Of a DNA stretch of 64,000 nt, positions 22,877-35,516 are shown piece after piece. The notes under the pieces were generated by a model. That model saw nothing but the letters and a program-made list of their open reading frames with translations. It searched no databases and was not told the origin of the DNA. The position numbers and the translations under genes are program-made. The stretch's first letter is position 1; each line of letters starts with the position of its first letter. This DNA comes from Microthyrium microscopicum (lineage: Eukaryota), in NCBI GenBank assembly GCA_010405405.1, contig MU004232.1, positions 2,313,481-2,377,480 of the forward strand. Direction: 5' to 3'.

Positions 22877-25800
22877 AGATCGGGAAAAAAAGAATGGGCA
22901 TGTGTCCCGTGGAACGTAGCCTCGACCATCGCCAGGATCCTGAGGTTTCTTCGCGAATCGATAGCCACGTTGACAGTTTGCGATAATTCGGCCTTCGCCT
23001 GATAGGAAGCATAAAGATTGAAATGTGGAAGCCTAAAATGATTGCCTGTAACGCATAAAACCACATGTTGCGTATGCATTTCTGTAAATTGGCCTGTAAT
23101 AGGACAATGGGTGTGGCGAACAATTACGATTAAGAGTATTTGGCCACAGCTGTGGCCGTGTTTCAAGGATATAGCTTACGAGTGAGGGAAACACAGAGTT
23201 CTAGACCTTTCACAGGCTCTTGAGAAACGCTGTTGTAAGTGGTCAGTTGGGGACGTTGTACGTTCTAAGTTTAAAGCAACCTCCGCAATTGATGTGCATT
23301 GAGTGCAGAATGATAGGGGAGCTATGGCAGCTAAGCCACAATGATAGACATTGATGGCGTCGAAAGTGGATAAGGCGCGCCACATATGTCGATCAACACC
23401 TGCAACGATCTTGTAAATGCTTGAGATACCGTTGTGCTGCTTGAAAGTGCCAGAGATTGGTCACGAGCCTGTCGCAGCCGTTGCAGGGTTTTGAATGAGC
23501 AACCAAAGCAGCGCCAGAAATACTGAAAGGGTCCGCGGAAGAGGTGCTAATTGCTGCAATGGTTGCATTAGAGGAGGGGTCAAGATGTAGCTGCGCTCCT
23601 TGTCGAACTCGATAGCCCCAATGAATATCATTCCTAGAAAGGATCAAGTTGTGGAATAGACTCAGTGGTCGGCACAGTATCCGAATGTCTGCATATTGTG
23701 TACAAGAAAAATCACAGCAGTCGTACATTATTAGTAATGTTTGTGAAAACCGGAGTGGCTGGAAATGGATAGCACGCATATAAGTGTGATATCACTGATT
23801 GAGCTGCCCGAAAATTTGCGGTGTAGGTCACTTGCGCAGGTTGAAAGCGAGGATAATAATTATAGCAAAGTAGAACAAGGTGTAGACTGGGAGCTGCTTG
23901 ATCTATCGTCATAGATCGCCCTGGGAGTGTTCGGAATAAGGAAAGACTCGCACGCAAGCTGCAGCGCCTGAGGTGTATTGCATGCTGCAGTTGCTTGTTG
24001 TCGCTCTTCAGCTATACCAATTCGGAGTAAGCTCCGGCCATATCATGCGAGGGCTCTTGGAAGCTGGAAGCCATTTTCTCAATGCCTGCCATCAGGTAAT
24101 GTGCTGAACGTACCGTGGTTTGTAGCTTATCGGCGTCTGTTTTTCCACTTCAAACCTGGCAGATGGAAACACTTGAGCAATCACAAACCCCATGACGTAA
24201 AATGCCACTTGAACTGGATATGGCACACGCTTCCATTGACCGACTCATGTGAAGTATTCTCGGAGTCCTTTTTCAATGCCGTCTGGCTCATTGAAGTGCT
24301 GACTTTGCGGCAAGTTGCGGCAAGTTGCATATCAGTAGCACTCTCTCGGAGGGCGAGAAACTCCTCTCTGATCAAAAAGCCCAACTACCAAGCCAAAAAA
24401 ATGAACAAGAATCAAAAGGTCCAAGCGGGCGACGTTCCAATGTTCCATATCACAGCACAAAGACTGCAATGTACCCAGTGCTTTCACGCTTTCAGCAAGC
24501 CTTTGCAAAATTGCATTGCGCGCCGGGCCAAACATGACATTTGCTGCCAGCCGTTGGGCAAATTGGGGCATTTTGGCGGTGTCCACTGTTGCATCATGGA
24601 GAATTAGGTAAAGTCGCTCCTCTGTCCACTGACTTGAGGAGCATGGCAAATTGGCAATACACATTAGCGCCGCCACATCCGCCCTGACCACTGCCTGCCA
24701 TTTGTCCGTTTTCCACGCTGCTTCAACTGGCGTCCGTCCAGTTACCCGTTATGGAGTGCCTCCAACCAGTCGTAGGCTCTTCCAGCGCGCCAGTGTCAGA
24801 AACGTGGGCCATTTCCCTCGGCTGCACGCCACACCAACGGCTTTTGAGACTGTCATTTGAGCGTGGAGGTCTGCCCAGCCTCGTGGGCAAGTGCCAAGTG
24901 TAGTGTCAAAGTTCTATTTCTGTGAGAGATTGACATGCGCTAACAATCAACGGACACGTTTGGAAGTTTGGAACTGATATGAACGTTACTTCGTTCCTTC
25001 TGTATCTGGGAAGCGCTGAGTATATCGTCGGCAGCCGAAACCATCGATTCTCACAGACCTGGTTGCGTTAATTTTACTTTGTCCAAAAGACTCATGCGCT
25101 AGATCGCGTACAGCACCCTGAACCCTGATACCGAGCGACCCATCAGGACTCCATATTCTGTTAATTTGCAGCCACTGATCAGTTCCATGGGTCCCTAGCC
25201 ATAGGTCGCAGAAAAGAAATGAAGATTGAAAGAACTTACGGGAGCAATAATGAGAGTGCCCCGGCATTTCATAGCTCGGTCGTCGCTCTAAAGCGCGACC
25301 TTCTTGGCGACGTACCGAAAAAATTCATATAATATGTCTACTACTCTTATGATCGGACGGAACTCTATATTGATCTGCTTCCCCGATCATCGATGCAGCT
25401 TTCTACGATGCTACGAAAGGACATTGCAACCCCCAGGAACCTGGGATGTGCTGTGGACCCTCTGTTTGGCTAGGGCGATAGAAAGTTAGGATGCCTCGGT
25501 CTCGGAGAGATCAGCGAGGCATTTGATGACTTGGCTTCAGTGATCAAGCTCTTCCCACATTCCCAAGTGGACGGCGGCTTCACTAGCCACACGCGATGCA
25601 GGGTTGGAGGTCCTTCGAATGTTCCAACAGAAAGTTCGATCGCTAGGCAAGTTGCCAAAGCAGTCTAAGAATCAGAAAGCTTTCAGATCATTTCCCAAAC
25701 GGTCAGAGCGTATTCCTGCCCCATCCCGGCAACTATGGCTTAGCTGATATCTTTGGACAAAACCACAGCGGACTAATGCACGGCTACGAATCCCAGCCGC

Positions 25801-27374
25801 GCAAAAGTACTCGGAAGCACGGCGACAAAAAGGCCACGAGAATTGGGGACTCTTTAGATGTGGCGGTGCACTGGGTGCAGCCGCCGATCATGGGGGATGT
25901 TCGTGGATTCCGCGTGTCAGGTTCAATATGCTTTGTCCAAGGGACTGGCTGTGGCGTGATAGGGATATCGCCCAGCATGCCTTGTTGGACTCGATTCCTT
26001 GCACTCTACTGAGCAGTGAGCAGAGCAATGACAATGGTTTGGTAAAGTCCATAGGGCCAGCACACAAGCGGTGGAAGGAAAAGTATTGTCGTCACTTTAT
26101 GCGCTTATGGAATTGCCCTCTCAGAAATTCAGATGCTTCATAGCGTTATTGTACGCCTTGATACTGGCCAGATCCAAGCTGTGGCATTAGAGTTTCATAC
26201 TATTAGGTGTGGCATAAAAGTGACGATACTAGACGATACTAAGTTACCTCTCCTTCGAGTCGCATCTCTGATCTCGCGTGTCTTGATATGCTATTCTTCC
26301 GATACCCTGCTAGCAGCAATCTAGAGGACGACTCTATTGGCACTTTAAGCCACGCAGATCCAAGCTCCTGGACTTTTCGCGTGTTGTGGCATCTGAATAA
26401 TCTCCAATAATCCTCCTTGTCACAGGTAGTCCTCCAATCCTCGTGAGTCGTACCTAACAAACTCTAGAGTAGTAGGGAGCACCACTACTACTCTGAAGAC
26501 TGAGTCTAAGCAAGACTTTAGGTCCTAGACAAGCATTTGGCCTGTGTACCTGTTTGGAGCTCTGACATCCAGCTGCCTGTGGCTTGATTGCAAGAGTTGC
26601 CTTCGAGACCCTCGTAGACCCTTCGCGCACTGCTCAGTGTCACCTCTGCTGCTGCTGCTGCTTCTGCAAACTTTCCATCTGTTCAAAAAGAAGAAAAAGA
26701 CTCTTTTTTCCCTGCCCCCCTTCAAGGGCCTCACTCCTCATCCTTGTGACTCCTTCTCCTCTTGCATTATTGATCTTAACCACAAAGCTCTCTAACTACC
26801 ACCCTGGAGCATCTAAACTTCTCCAGCAATCCAGATCCATTCCACCTACGTAGCTATTCTAACTTCACCACGGATTCTATACTTTCATCCTAAGGCCAAA
26901 CTCGGTCAGACTGGTCTCGATTGTCAACCTCTAAGCTTCTCCACAAACCTTGAAGCCTTGCGACCCACCTCAGCCCCATCCTGTCCACGACTCCACGCCA
27001 GTGCCTGTCTGCGACACACTAGCCAGCACGTTGATCTTTCCGCCCTTTTGTTCATTTCCAGCAATCCCAACGGCTGTCCCCGTAATTCACTGAAGTCACT
27101 GGCCAGAGGCTCCTTGTAGTGGCTGTCATTTATGTCTGCCACCACCCACCCTGGAAGCGTCCCGAGTTCCCTTAAGGTTCCTTTCCCACCCGCTGTGGCT
27201 TGACCCCTTCTGCGCCGCAAGTCTCTTCTGCTTTCTCTCTCGCGTCCAAATCCGTCTCTCAAAGTGACCTTACTTTCTCACCACATTTCCCCCGACCAAC
27301 CCGCCCTTGACCTTCTTTTCTTCTCATCTCTCATGCGCCAACCATTATAATCAGTACATGTCGTTGTTTGAGCG

Positions 27375-30321
27375 ATGTTTCGCAATAGGCAAGTCTCTCT
27401 CCAGTCTTTTATTCTTCGCGCATTCAAACTTTGGTCCTGGTCGGCCCCTACTGGGCGCCAGTCCCGCCTGTCGCATCTTTCAATTCTCTCTAGGTTCCAG
27501 TACTAATGAACATCTTTAGGAACTCGCAGAAGCCAGCCGATGAGCTTCTAGCCAACTTCAAGGCCTCATTCCCAGGCCTTTCCTCCAGTGGAACCCGCAG
27601 TGCCAGTCTTACTACTGCTGCTGAGGCAGATGCTAGCCATTCCACCACCTCGCTAACAGATGCCCTGGATGTCGCCGTGACTTCGAGGTATGTCGCTCCA
27701 CCACCATGTCGCTCTTCACCCTATCTGAATAGCACCACCATCCCAACATGTGTTTTGGAAATAGTCCACTAGAATTATTTAGTCGTGACTTTTTCAAAAT
27801 GATGAGATTTCGATTTCCGGCTATTCTTGGAAAAATGCGCAGTTTAAAGTAGAAAGTGCTGACTTGCAATCAGGCCTCATGGCGCCGAACATGATATCAA
27901 AGATATGGATCCTACGCCAAGGGCGAATGCGGATCAATGGAGATTCACACCTTCGCTCCTAGATCCCAACAGTTTCGCATTCAGCAATTTTGCGAACCAG
28001 CCGCCTGGTTATTATACTCCGACTCCGGGAGGCACCAATACCATTTATCATTCGCAGGCCGGAGACTTGCATACTCCTGGATTCGCTATGGGTCTAAATA
28101 CACCACTCTCTATGCCAACATCTGAAGGAGGTGTACGAATTGGCTCTCCAGGACAGGCTTTTCCCGACCAGTCAATTGCGTCGCACCAGATGTTCCAGAA
28201 TCCAAACCCTTTTGGCTATCAACAACACAATGACCATCACGACCATCATGATCATCATGATCATCATGATCATCACCAACAACAACCAATTCAGCATCAA
28301 CAGACGTATGCGCCTCATCATTTCTCGCATCAACCAAGCCATTTCGATACATACCACCACCATGTCGAACAACCCAAGATGGAAGATTACTCAGCGGACG
28401 TGGAGATGGGAGAATCACAGCAGGTGGACGCTTATCCCCAGCAACATCTGGATATATCAATGCATGCTGGTCCTGCTCCGATTCCAATGGAAAAGTATGC
28501 CGGTTTCTTCATTCCTAGCGCTGAAACGTTGCCAGGAACTGTTTGGGACATGCAAGCTAACAATTCCAGTTTCCGGTACCATGTCACACTAAATGCTCCG
28601 ACGGCGATGATAAAACACGCGGACGAAATTCCAGTGACTTATCTCAATAAAGGCCAAGCATACACCATTAAAATCATGGACACAAAACCAGCGCCTCCCA
28701 CTGGAGTGTTACCAACATATAGGACATTCATCCGCATTTCTTTCGAGGATGATACACAGCGACAGCGACCATCTCAATGCTGGCAACTTTGGAAAGAAGG
28801 ACGAGGTAGTTCCGAAGCCCATCATCGAGGTGGCCGTCTACAAGCAGTAGAATATGTTGACCCAAGCTCATCTGGAGGCGTGGACCAATCCATTAGACCG
28901 CGAGTGGAAGTTGAATCGTCATCATTCGATGGATTTTCTGTAAAATGGACTCCTTCTCCTCATGGACCTCCAGAATGTCAACTTTCTCTACGGTTCAACT
29001 TCCTTTCAACCGATTTCAGTCATTCCAAGGGTGTCAAAGGAATACCTGTTCGGCTATGTGCAAAAACACACATGTTGGCAACGGACCTGCCAACGGCTTC
29101 TGAAAACCTAGGTCATGAAGTCTGCTTTTGCAAGGTCAAACTTTTCAGAGATCATGGAGCAGAGCGCAAACTCACCAACGATGTTGCTCATGTCAAGAAA
29201 TCAATTGACAAGCTCAAACAACAAATCGCTCAGTTGGAAACCGGAATTAAAGATTTTGGGAAGCGAAAACGCACCGATTCTGGATCGAAACCGAGCACTT
29301 CCAATAGGCCTGGCAAAGTTCCTAAACACAAGCGAACTTGGTCCATGTCTTCTGTCAGCGAATCCAGCAATAAGGACTCTTCGCAAGAGGATGATTTACA
29401 AGCCAAATTGACTGCACTTCAGGACATGTTCACATCGACACGTCCCGCCTCTGTTCTGTTCTTGAAAGGTGACGACAGCGACGATCCTGATATCAATCCA
29501 GTATTCCTCAATACAGAGCCCATCGCTACCCTCGCTCGAGTTGATACTAGTGAATCTCAGCTATGGGAAGAAAAGGGAAGCGGAAACGATTCATCAATCA
29601 TTTCTCCAACCCCAAGTCATCAATCCTTACAATCACAAGAACGAGAGGATTCGATTGGATTTCAAAGACCCGCCCCATTCCAACCACCAGCGCCAACTGA
29701 CTGGCCAGCTCAAACGGCGACTCAGGACCTGCATGGCGGAGCACAAGGCTTTAGCCCTACCGCATCGGCATCGGCTTCTACAGTACCAGTCAAAGTATCG
29801 AAACACACGGAAGATAGTACTCAGCTGGCTAGCTGGATTGAAGCGCTTGGAGTAGATTACTCTTATCAACCCCCTCCTCCGCGAACAGTCAAGCCAAGTA
29901 AGTGCAATGATCCTTTCATTTGAAAGCCACGCTAATAGTCGCTGCAGTCGCTTGCTACTACGTACAACCTCGAATTCAAAACGAACCTCCCAAAGATAAC
30001 TACTTCCGTGCGGTATACCTGATGCAGAAAACAGTCAAAGATCTGGCCAACGGTATCGCGGTAAAGAGTGGTATAGACTCGATGAAAGTTCTTCGAACTC
30101 TCCGAGTAACTCCCAAAGGCGTGATCATTCTCCTCGACGACGAAGGCGTCACGGAAATACCAGAAGGCCAAGACATGGTAGCCGAGTTCCAGGAAATACA
30201 CCCATCCTCACCTATGAAACGAGAATGGGATTCTGGTCCAACCGATGTCCAAGTAGACGGCGAAGTCGACGTCATTAATACCGTTCAGTCAGAAGGCTAC
30301 GAGCTGCGTTTGCTGTTTTAG
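27375..30321 (+). CDS. Grainyhead/CP2-family transcription factor; exons 27375-27388, 27520-27687, 27874-28494, 28570-29897, 29948-30321
   Basis: CP2 domain motifs LNAPTAM, PVTYLNKGQAY, FNFLSTDFSHSKGVKGIPVRLC, FRDHGAERK; the first intron is GC-AG. Confidence 0.92.
28232..28276 (+). repeat. 9-bp coding repeat encoding (DHH)x5
   Basis: GAYCATCAY x5 inside the CP2 gene. Confidence 0.9.
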
Positions 30322-31781
30322 TGGAGAGTGCGAAGCGAGACCTATTTTTTTTACTTTGTAACAGTTCCGAGGATCCGAGTCACCATCCTGTAATCTTCTT
30401 ACGACTGATGACCCAAGATACCAACAAACCAACATCCAGCTAGTCCTATCTCTGGCGGTGACCCGCAGAATATGCGAGCCAGCAAGATTCGATAGCAGGA
30501 CGAGTTTAATTAGGCGGAGCTCGATTATATCCGTCAAACTCGCCAGTTTTCCTTCCTTTTTTCTTTTGACCTTTCTCAGGATACCCAATACACGACTTTT
30601 TATCGGACTGATATGAGCCGGCTTTGATTCTTTCCATTGTTTTTCCCTTTGGCTTTGTAAACATGGAAAGATACACGCGCGGATACAGCATCAAACAATT
30701 TTACCATCATACCTTTAGGAGTATCATCTACATATTCTTCATCGGCAACAAATTGTCTTATCAAGATATACCCCCTATTGTTATTGATTTTATTATATTT
30801 TGCTTTCTTGGTTTTTGAACTTGTTTCACTTCTTTCACTCGAACAACGATTACAAGTCTCTATATGACTCTATACCTGCTTTTTTATATAATGTTTTCCG
30901 CACAAAGGGAATGGGAATTTGTCGGCTGGGCCATTTTTAAACCAGATATACCTTCCTTTTCAATACTCTCCTCTGTTTGGCTTCCTGCAGGCGTTGATAC
31001 ATGTCATTGGCAACCGCTTTCATGGCCTTTCACTATTATCAATAGTGTGTCTGGTGGGCTTGCTTTTCAACTATACTTGAGCTGCGTTGGTTACAATTGT
31101 CTTACTAGGCAAGACCCAGCATGTATTCCCTCCCTCAATGTTACATTCGCAAGCTCTGCAGCATCCAACCATTCATTCCTTGACTGCGTCTGCTTTGGAA
31201 ATGATTGTGGAGTTTATCATTGTTGGCATGCGCCGTGCGAGGATTACTCTACTTGGACGGGCGCGTTTGGTGTATTGGGACGATATGGAGGCATGTATCA
31301 TGTGTTATTGGTGTGTATGGGCAAAAAGCCACTACAATAATAATCAAACTCTTTTCAGCGGGCCTGGTGAGCCAGCTTTCATCAACTTTTGTCTTGTGTA
31401 TGTGCTCTTGTGCCAATGCTCCCAAAGTCAGCATGACCTTCATACTCCAGAAATCTTCAAAGACCGCATTTCAACTTGATCAACACCGATCACTCGCCAT
31501 ACAATGGAGTCGTCTTCTTACGAGTTGTGCTAGAAATCCCGATCATATTCCAAGTATAGATGGAAGAAGAGAGGATGTTGACGGGTTGAGGAAAGGAGAA
31601 TAAAGTGGAACCCTCACCGACAGCCGAACTTCGGCGAATCAAGTCCGCAGCAATCAACAACTCTCCCACTCCCGTCCCTCTCCCACCTCCAATGTTTATT
31701 ACCTCCTCCTTCAATACATACACTACCTCTTTTTTACCCATTGTGTGCCAGCCATAGCACCGAGAGGCTTCAATTGCAATC

Positions 31782-33056
31782 ATGGCTGCTATACGGTCTC
31801 AATTGGCTCCTCGCCTCCAAGGAACCTTCACCATCGTCCCCTCCCGCTTCACCATATCCCGCTCATTCAGCTCCGTACGCGATGTTCCGATAACCTCCTC
31901 CACACTCCCCTACCAAGTCTCCCAGCCAAAAACATCCGCCCTTCAAGAAGCGCTCGCTGCCTCTGCTCCTCGTACAAACTGGACCAAAGAAGAAATATCC
32001 GAAATATACAACACACCGCTCTTCGAACTACACTATGCCGCCGTACATACCTCCCCTGCCCAAGTATTTCCAGAAACAAACTAACATACAACCCAGGCCA
32101 CAATCCACCGCAAATTCCACCCCCCCGGCGCCATCCAACTATGCACCCTAATGAACATCAAAACCGGCGGCTGCTCCGAAGATTGCTCCTACTGCGCGCA
32201 ATCCACGCGCTACGACACCGGCCTCAAAGCCGAAAAAATGTCCACCGTCGACGCCGTCCTCGCCGCCGCCCGCACCGCCAAAGCCAACGGCGCAGCGCGT
32301 TTCTGCATGGGCGCTGCCTGGCGCGACATGCGTGGACGCAAGACATCTCTCAAGAATGTGAAGGCGATGGTGACGGGGGTGAGGGAGTTGGGCATGGAGG
32401 CGTGTGTGACACTGGGCATGATTGATAAGGAGCAGGCGAAGGAGTTGAAGGGCGCGGGGTTGACGGCGTATAATCATAATGTTGATACGAGTCGTGAGCA
32501 TTATCCGAATGTTATTACGACGAGGTCGTATGATGAGCGGTTGGCTACTATTCAGAATGTGAGGGAGGCGGGGATTAATGTTTGTAGTGGTGGCATTCTT
32601 GGGCTGGGGGAGAGTGCGAAGGATCATGTCGGGTTGTTGTATACGGTTGCGACGATGGAGAGCCATCCAGAAAGTTTCCCGGTGAATGCGCTGGTCCCAA
32701 TTAAGGGGACGCCGTTGGGGGATAGTGAGGCCATTCCATTTGATGCTATTGTGCGTACTATTGCGACGGCAAGACTGGTGCTGCCAGCGACGATTATTCG
32801 ATTAGCGGCGGGCAGGATTATGATGGGCGAGGAGAAGCAGATGATGTGCTTTACAGCTGGTGCCAATGCAGTGTTTACAGGCGAGAAGATGTTGACGACG
32901 GACTGCAATGGTTATGAGGAGGACAAGGCCATGTTCGACAAATGGGGTCTCAAGCCAATGGCGTCGAAACATGCTGATACTGTCGCTTCGGTGGATCAGG
33001 TACCCGTGTCATCATGGCAACAATTTAAAGAGGACAAGCCAGAAGTGACGGCATAA
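31782..33056 (+). CDS. bioB: Mitochondrial biotin synthase (radical SAM); intron 32043-32096
   Basis: Presequence, CSEDCSYCAQS (CxxxCxxC), YNHNVDTS, CSGGILGLGE, PESFPVN, IIRLAAGR. Confidence 0.97.
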
Positions 33057-33156
33057 TCTTGTGTATAGATTTTCAAAGTACGGATTATATAGAAGGAGGC
33101 TGATCTCATTGCCATGGCCATATAGCGGCCGGCATCAAAATATGAGTAAATTATGT

Positions 33157-34488
33157 CTAAAGTCTAGCTTTTATTTCTGCATCCGCTGATTCATGAACCT
33201 GTGGTTTTAGTCTGGTTGCGAGCCATTCGTCTATTCTTCGTACAAGACCATTGATTTCTTCGAACGTATTGCCTGCATGTAAACAGACTCGAACGCGTCT
33301 CGTAGGTACCGTTGGCGGCACTACCGCCCGCACCACAAATCCACCATCTTGACAGTATTTCGCCAAACTTCGACAATCGTTCGTCTCCAGCGCAAATATG
33401 GGTGATCTGGGACATGCTGCCGTAACATGGAGCAGCAGATTATCCCTAGACTGTCTCGCGATACTTGCCATAAGCAGAGCATGAAAGTGCGAGACCAACG
33501 ACCTAAGATGTGTGGACAACTCATCCGCATATCCATTTCGAAGTAGTGAATATGACGCCTTGATCATGGCGAGCGACGGAAATGGCATGAATGTCGTATA
33601 AATCAGCGGCCTTGCGTAGTTGATCAGATAGGACCTCACGACCGGACTACACAACACAATCGCTATACAAAATATTAGCCCACCATACCCATATGCAAGT
33701 GATAAGAACTTACCACCACTACAAGCCAAACTCTTCCCAAAAGTATGCAACCTCGCAAAAACCCTCCCCTCCAACCCCAAGTCACAAACCAACCCCCGTC
33801 CCAACGGACCCAGCACCCCCGTCCCATGCGCCTCGTCAATAATCACATGCCCATTTCCATGAGGCAGCACTTCCTCCTTGAGCTCCACAATCTCTCTTAG
33901 CGGCGCCAAATCGCCATCCATACTATACACGCTCTCAACAGCAATAAAAACATTCCTCTCGCCACTCTTAACACCCTCATCGCTATTAACTTCATCCTCC
34001 AAAACACGCCTCAAATCACCAACATCATTATGTCTAAACCCCACCCGTCTCGCCGCCCGAGAAAGCCGCATTCCATCGTGAACACTTGCATGGATCAACT
34101 CATCATGCACAATAACATCCCCCCTCTGCGGAACCGTCGCAAACACACCCGCATTCGCATCAAAGCCCGAGTTAAACAGGAGACCTGCCTCTGCGCCGTG
34201 GAACGTACTGATACTGCTCTCTAGGTCGTCCGCGTACCGAGAATTGCCGTCGAGGAGTCGTGAGCCGCCGGATCCTAGGGGGAAGGTGGCGTAGTGGGAC
34301 TGTAGTTCGGAGAGGTAGGCGGCGCGCAGGACGGGTGAGGTGGCGAGGGAGAGAAAGTCGTTGGAGGAAAAGTCTGTGGAGTCGGGGGGCGAGGTGCTGA
34401 GTTGGCGGAGGAGGGAGTTTTGGTGCCGGGTTGAGAGGGCTTGGGATAGTTGCCTTTCGAGGGAGGATTTTGGTTTTGTGGACGCCAT
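33157..34488 (-). CDS. bioF: 8-amino-7-oxononanoate (KAPA) synthase, peroxisomal; intron 33713-33663
   Basis: DFSSNDFL, GSGGSRLLDGN, FNSGFDAN, IHASVHDG, ESVYSMDGD, DEAHGTG, HTFGKS; C-terminal PTS1-type ARL. Confidence 0.95.
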   Translation of the reverse strand: MASTKPKSSLERQLSQALSTRHQNSLLRQLSTSPPDSTDFSSNDFLSLATSPVLRAAYLSELQSHYATFPLGSGGSRLLDGNSRYADDLESSISTFHGAEAGLLFNSGFDANAGVFATVPQRGDVIVHDELIHASVHDGMRLSRAARRVGFRHNDVGDLRRVLEDEVNSDEGVKSGERNVFIAVESVYSMDGDLAPLREIVELKEEVLPHGNGHVIIDEAHGTGVLGPLGRGLVCDLGLEGRVFARLHTFGKSLACSGGKFLSLAYGYGGLIFCIAIVLCSPVVRSYLINYARPLIYTTFMPFPSLAMIKASYSLLRNGYADELSTHLRSLVSHFHALLMASIARQSRDNLLLHVTAACPRSPIFALETNDCRSLAKYCQDGGFVVRAVVPPTVPTRRVRVCLHAGNTFEEINGLVRRIDEWLATRLKPQVHESADAEIKARL

Positions 34489-35013
34489 GATCGACCAGGG
34501 CGGTTGAATAAAGGGCGGTGTTTTGGGTATCAATATTCAATATGAGCTTTGAGGTGTATGTTGATGTTTGTTTGGTGTTCAGGGGTTGGATCCGGGTGGT
34601 GAGATTATGATATGTGGGCGGTTCTGGCTCAATTGGCCGCAGCCTACAGTGAACTGAGTTATGGCCTCATTAAGTCGTCAATTGAGAAGTCCGATATCCA
34701 AGTTCCTTGCTCTTTCAATATATTTCCAGATGTGGTATGGTTGAGATGTTGATGTCGGAGAATGGTTCGGCTGAGAGAAACGAAATCCGTGTGGCGGTCG
34801 GGTACGAATTTTGTGCCGATTGACCGCCTTCCGACGACTACTCTGTATTCAATCACCACAAAATAACTTTTTTAGGACAATTTTACTTGATTTTGGACAC
34901 TCTTATATTTTTCTACCCATCATCTCTACCATACTTCTCCAACTTTCGTCTTGAGAAATTCTGTTTTGAGTTTCAAAGTTGAAGCAGTGAGAGCAGGCCC
35001 AAGAGGAAGCTAC

Positions 35014-35047
35014 GCCACGTGGGCAGGCCACGTGGGCAGGCCACGAG
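35014..35047. promoter_or_regulatory. 13-bp tandem repeat creating two CACGTGGG E-boxes ~530 bp upstream of bioF
   Basis: GCCACGTGGGCAG x2 plus a partial third copy GCCACGAG. Confidence 0.45.
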
Positions 35048-35516
35048 GCTGCCCTTCAGCCTTGTTTACTTCCCCTTAACTACCATCCTATCCAAACACC
35101 CATGGAATGAAATTACAAAAGCTTAATATTCTAAGCAGCCTTATCTTTTCAATTTGAGGCCTCAATCTATTCTTGACTTCGGTATGAGTCCGAGTAATCG
35201 CAATCCCCCATGCACCTCCAGTGGTTCATACATGGATTGATATTAAAGCACGAAACCACTGCACCACTTGAACTTAGAGATTGCCTAACCAAATATATCT
35301 TGGTAAATTGTGCATAAAGATGATTGTCAAATTTGAAAAAGGGTTTGATTTTGAAAAGTGCGATATTTTACAAGGGACAGAAGATAAAAGTTTTTGTCGC
35401 TCCCTCTGATCAGGCAAACACGCACCACAACACTCAAAATTGATCTGCTGCAATAGTCCCCATCAGAAATTAACAGTTAGATTATTGGGGACCAGCGAAA
35501 TCGATTGGGAAGCGTT

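Noticed and set aside
22900..27300. Many 60-209 aa ORFs upstream of the CP2 gene
   Set aside because: Mostly non-ATG starts, no domains or consistent splice structure; best read as regulatory DNA and 5' leader.
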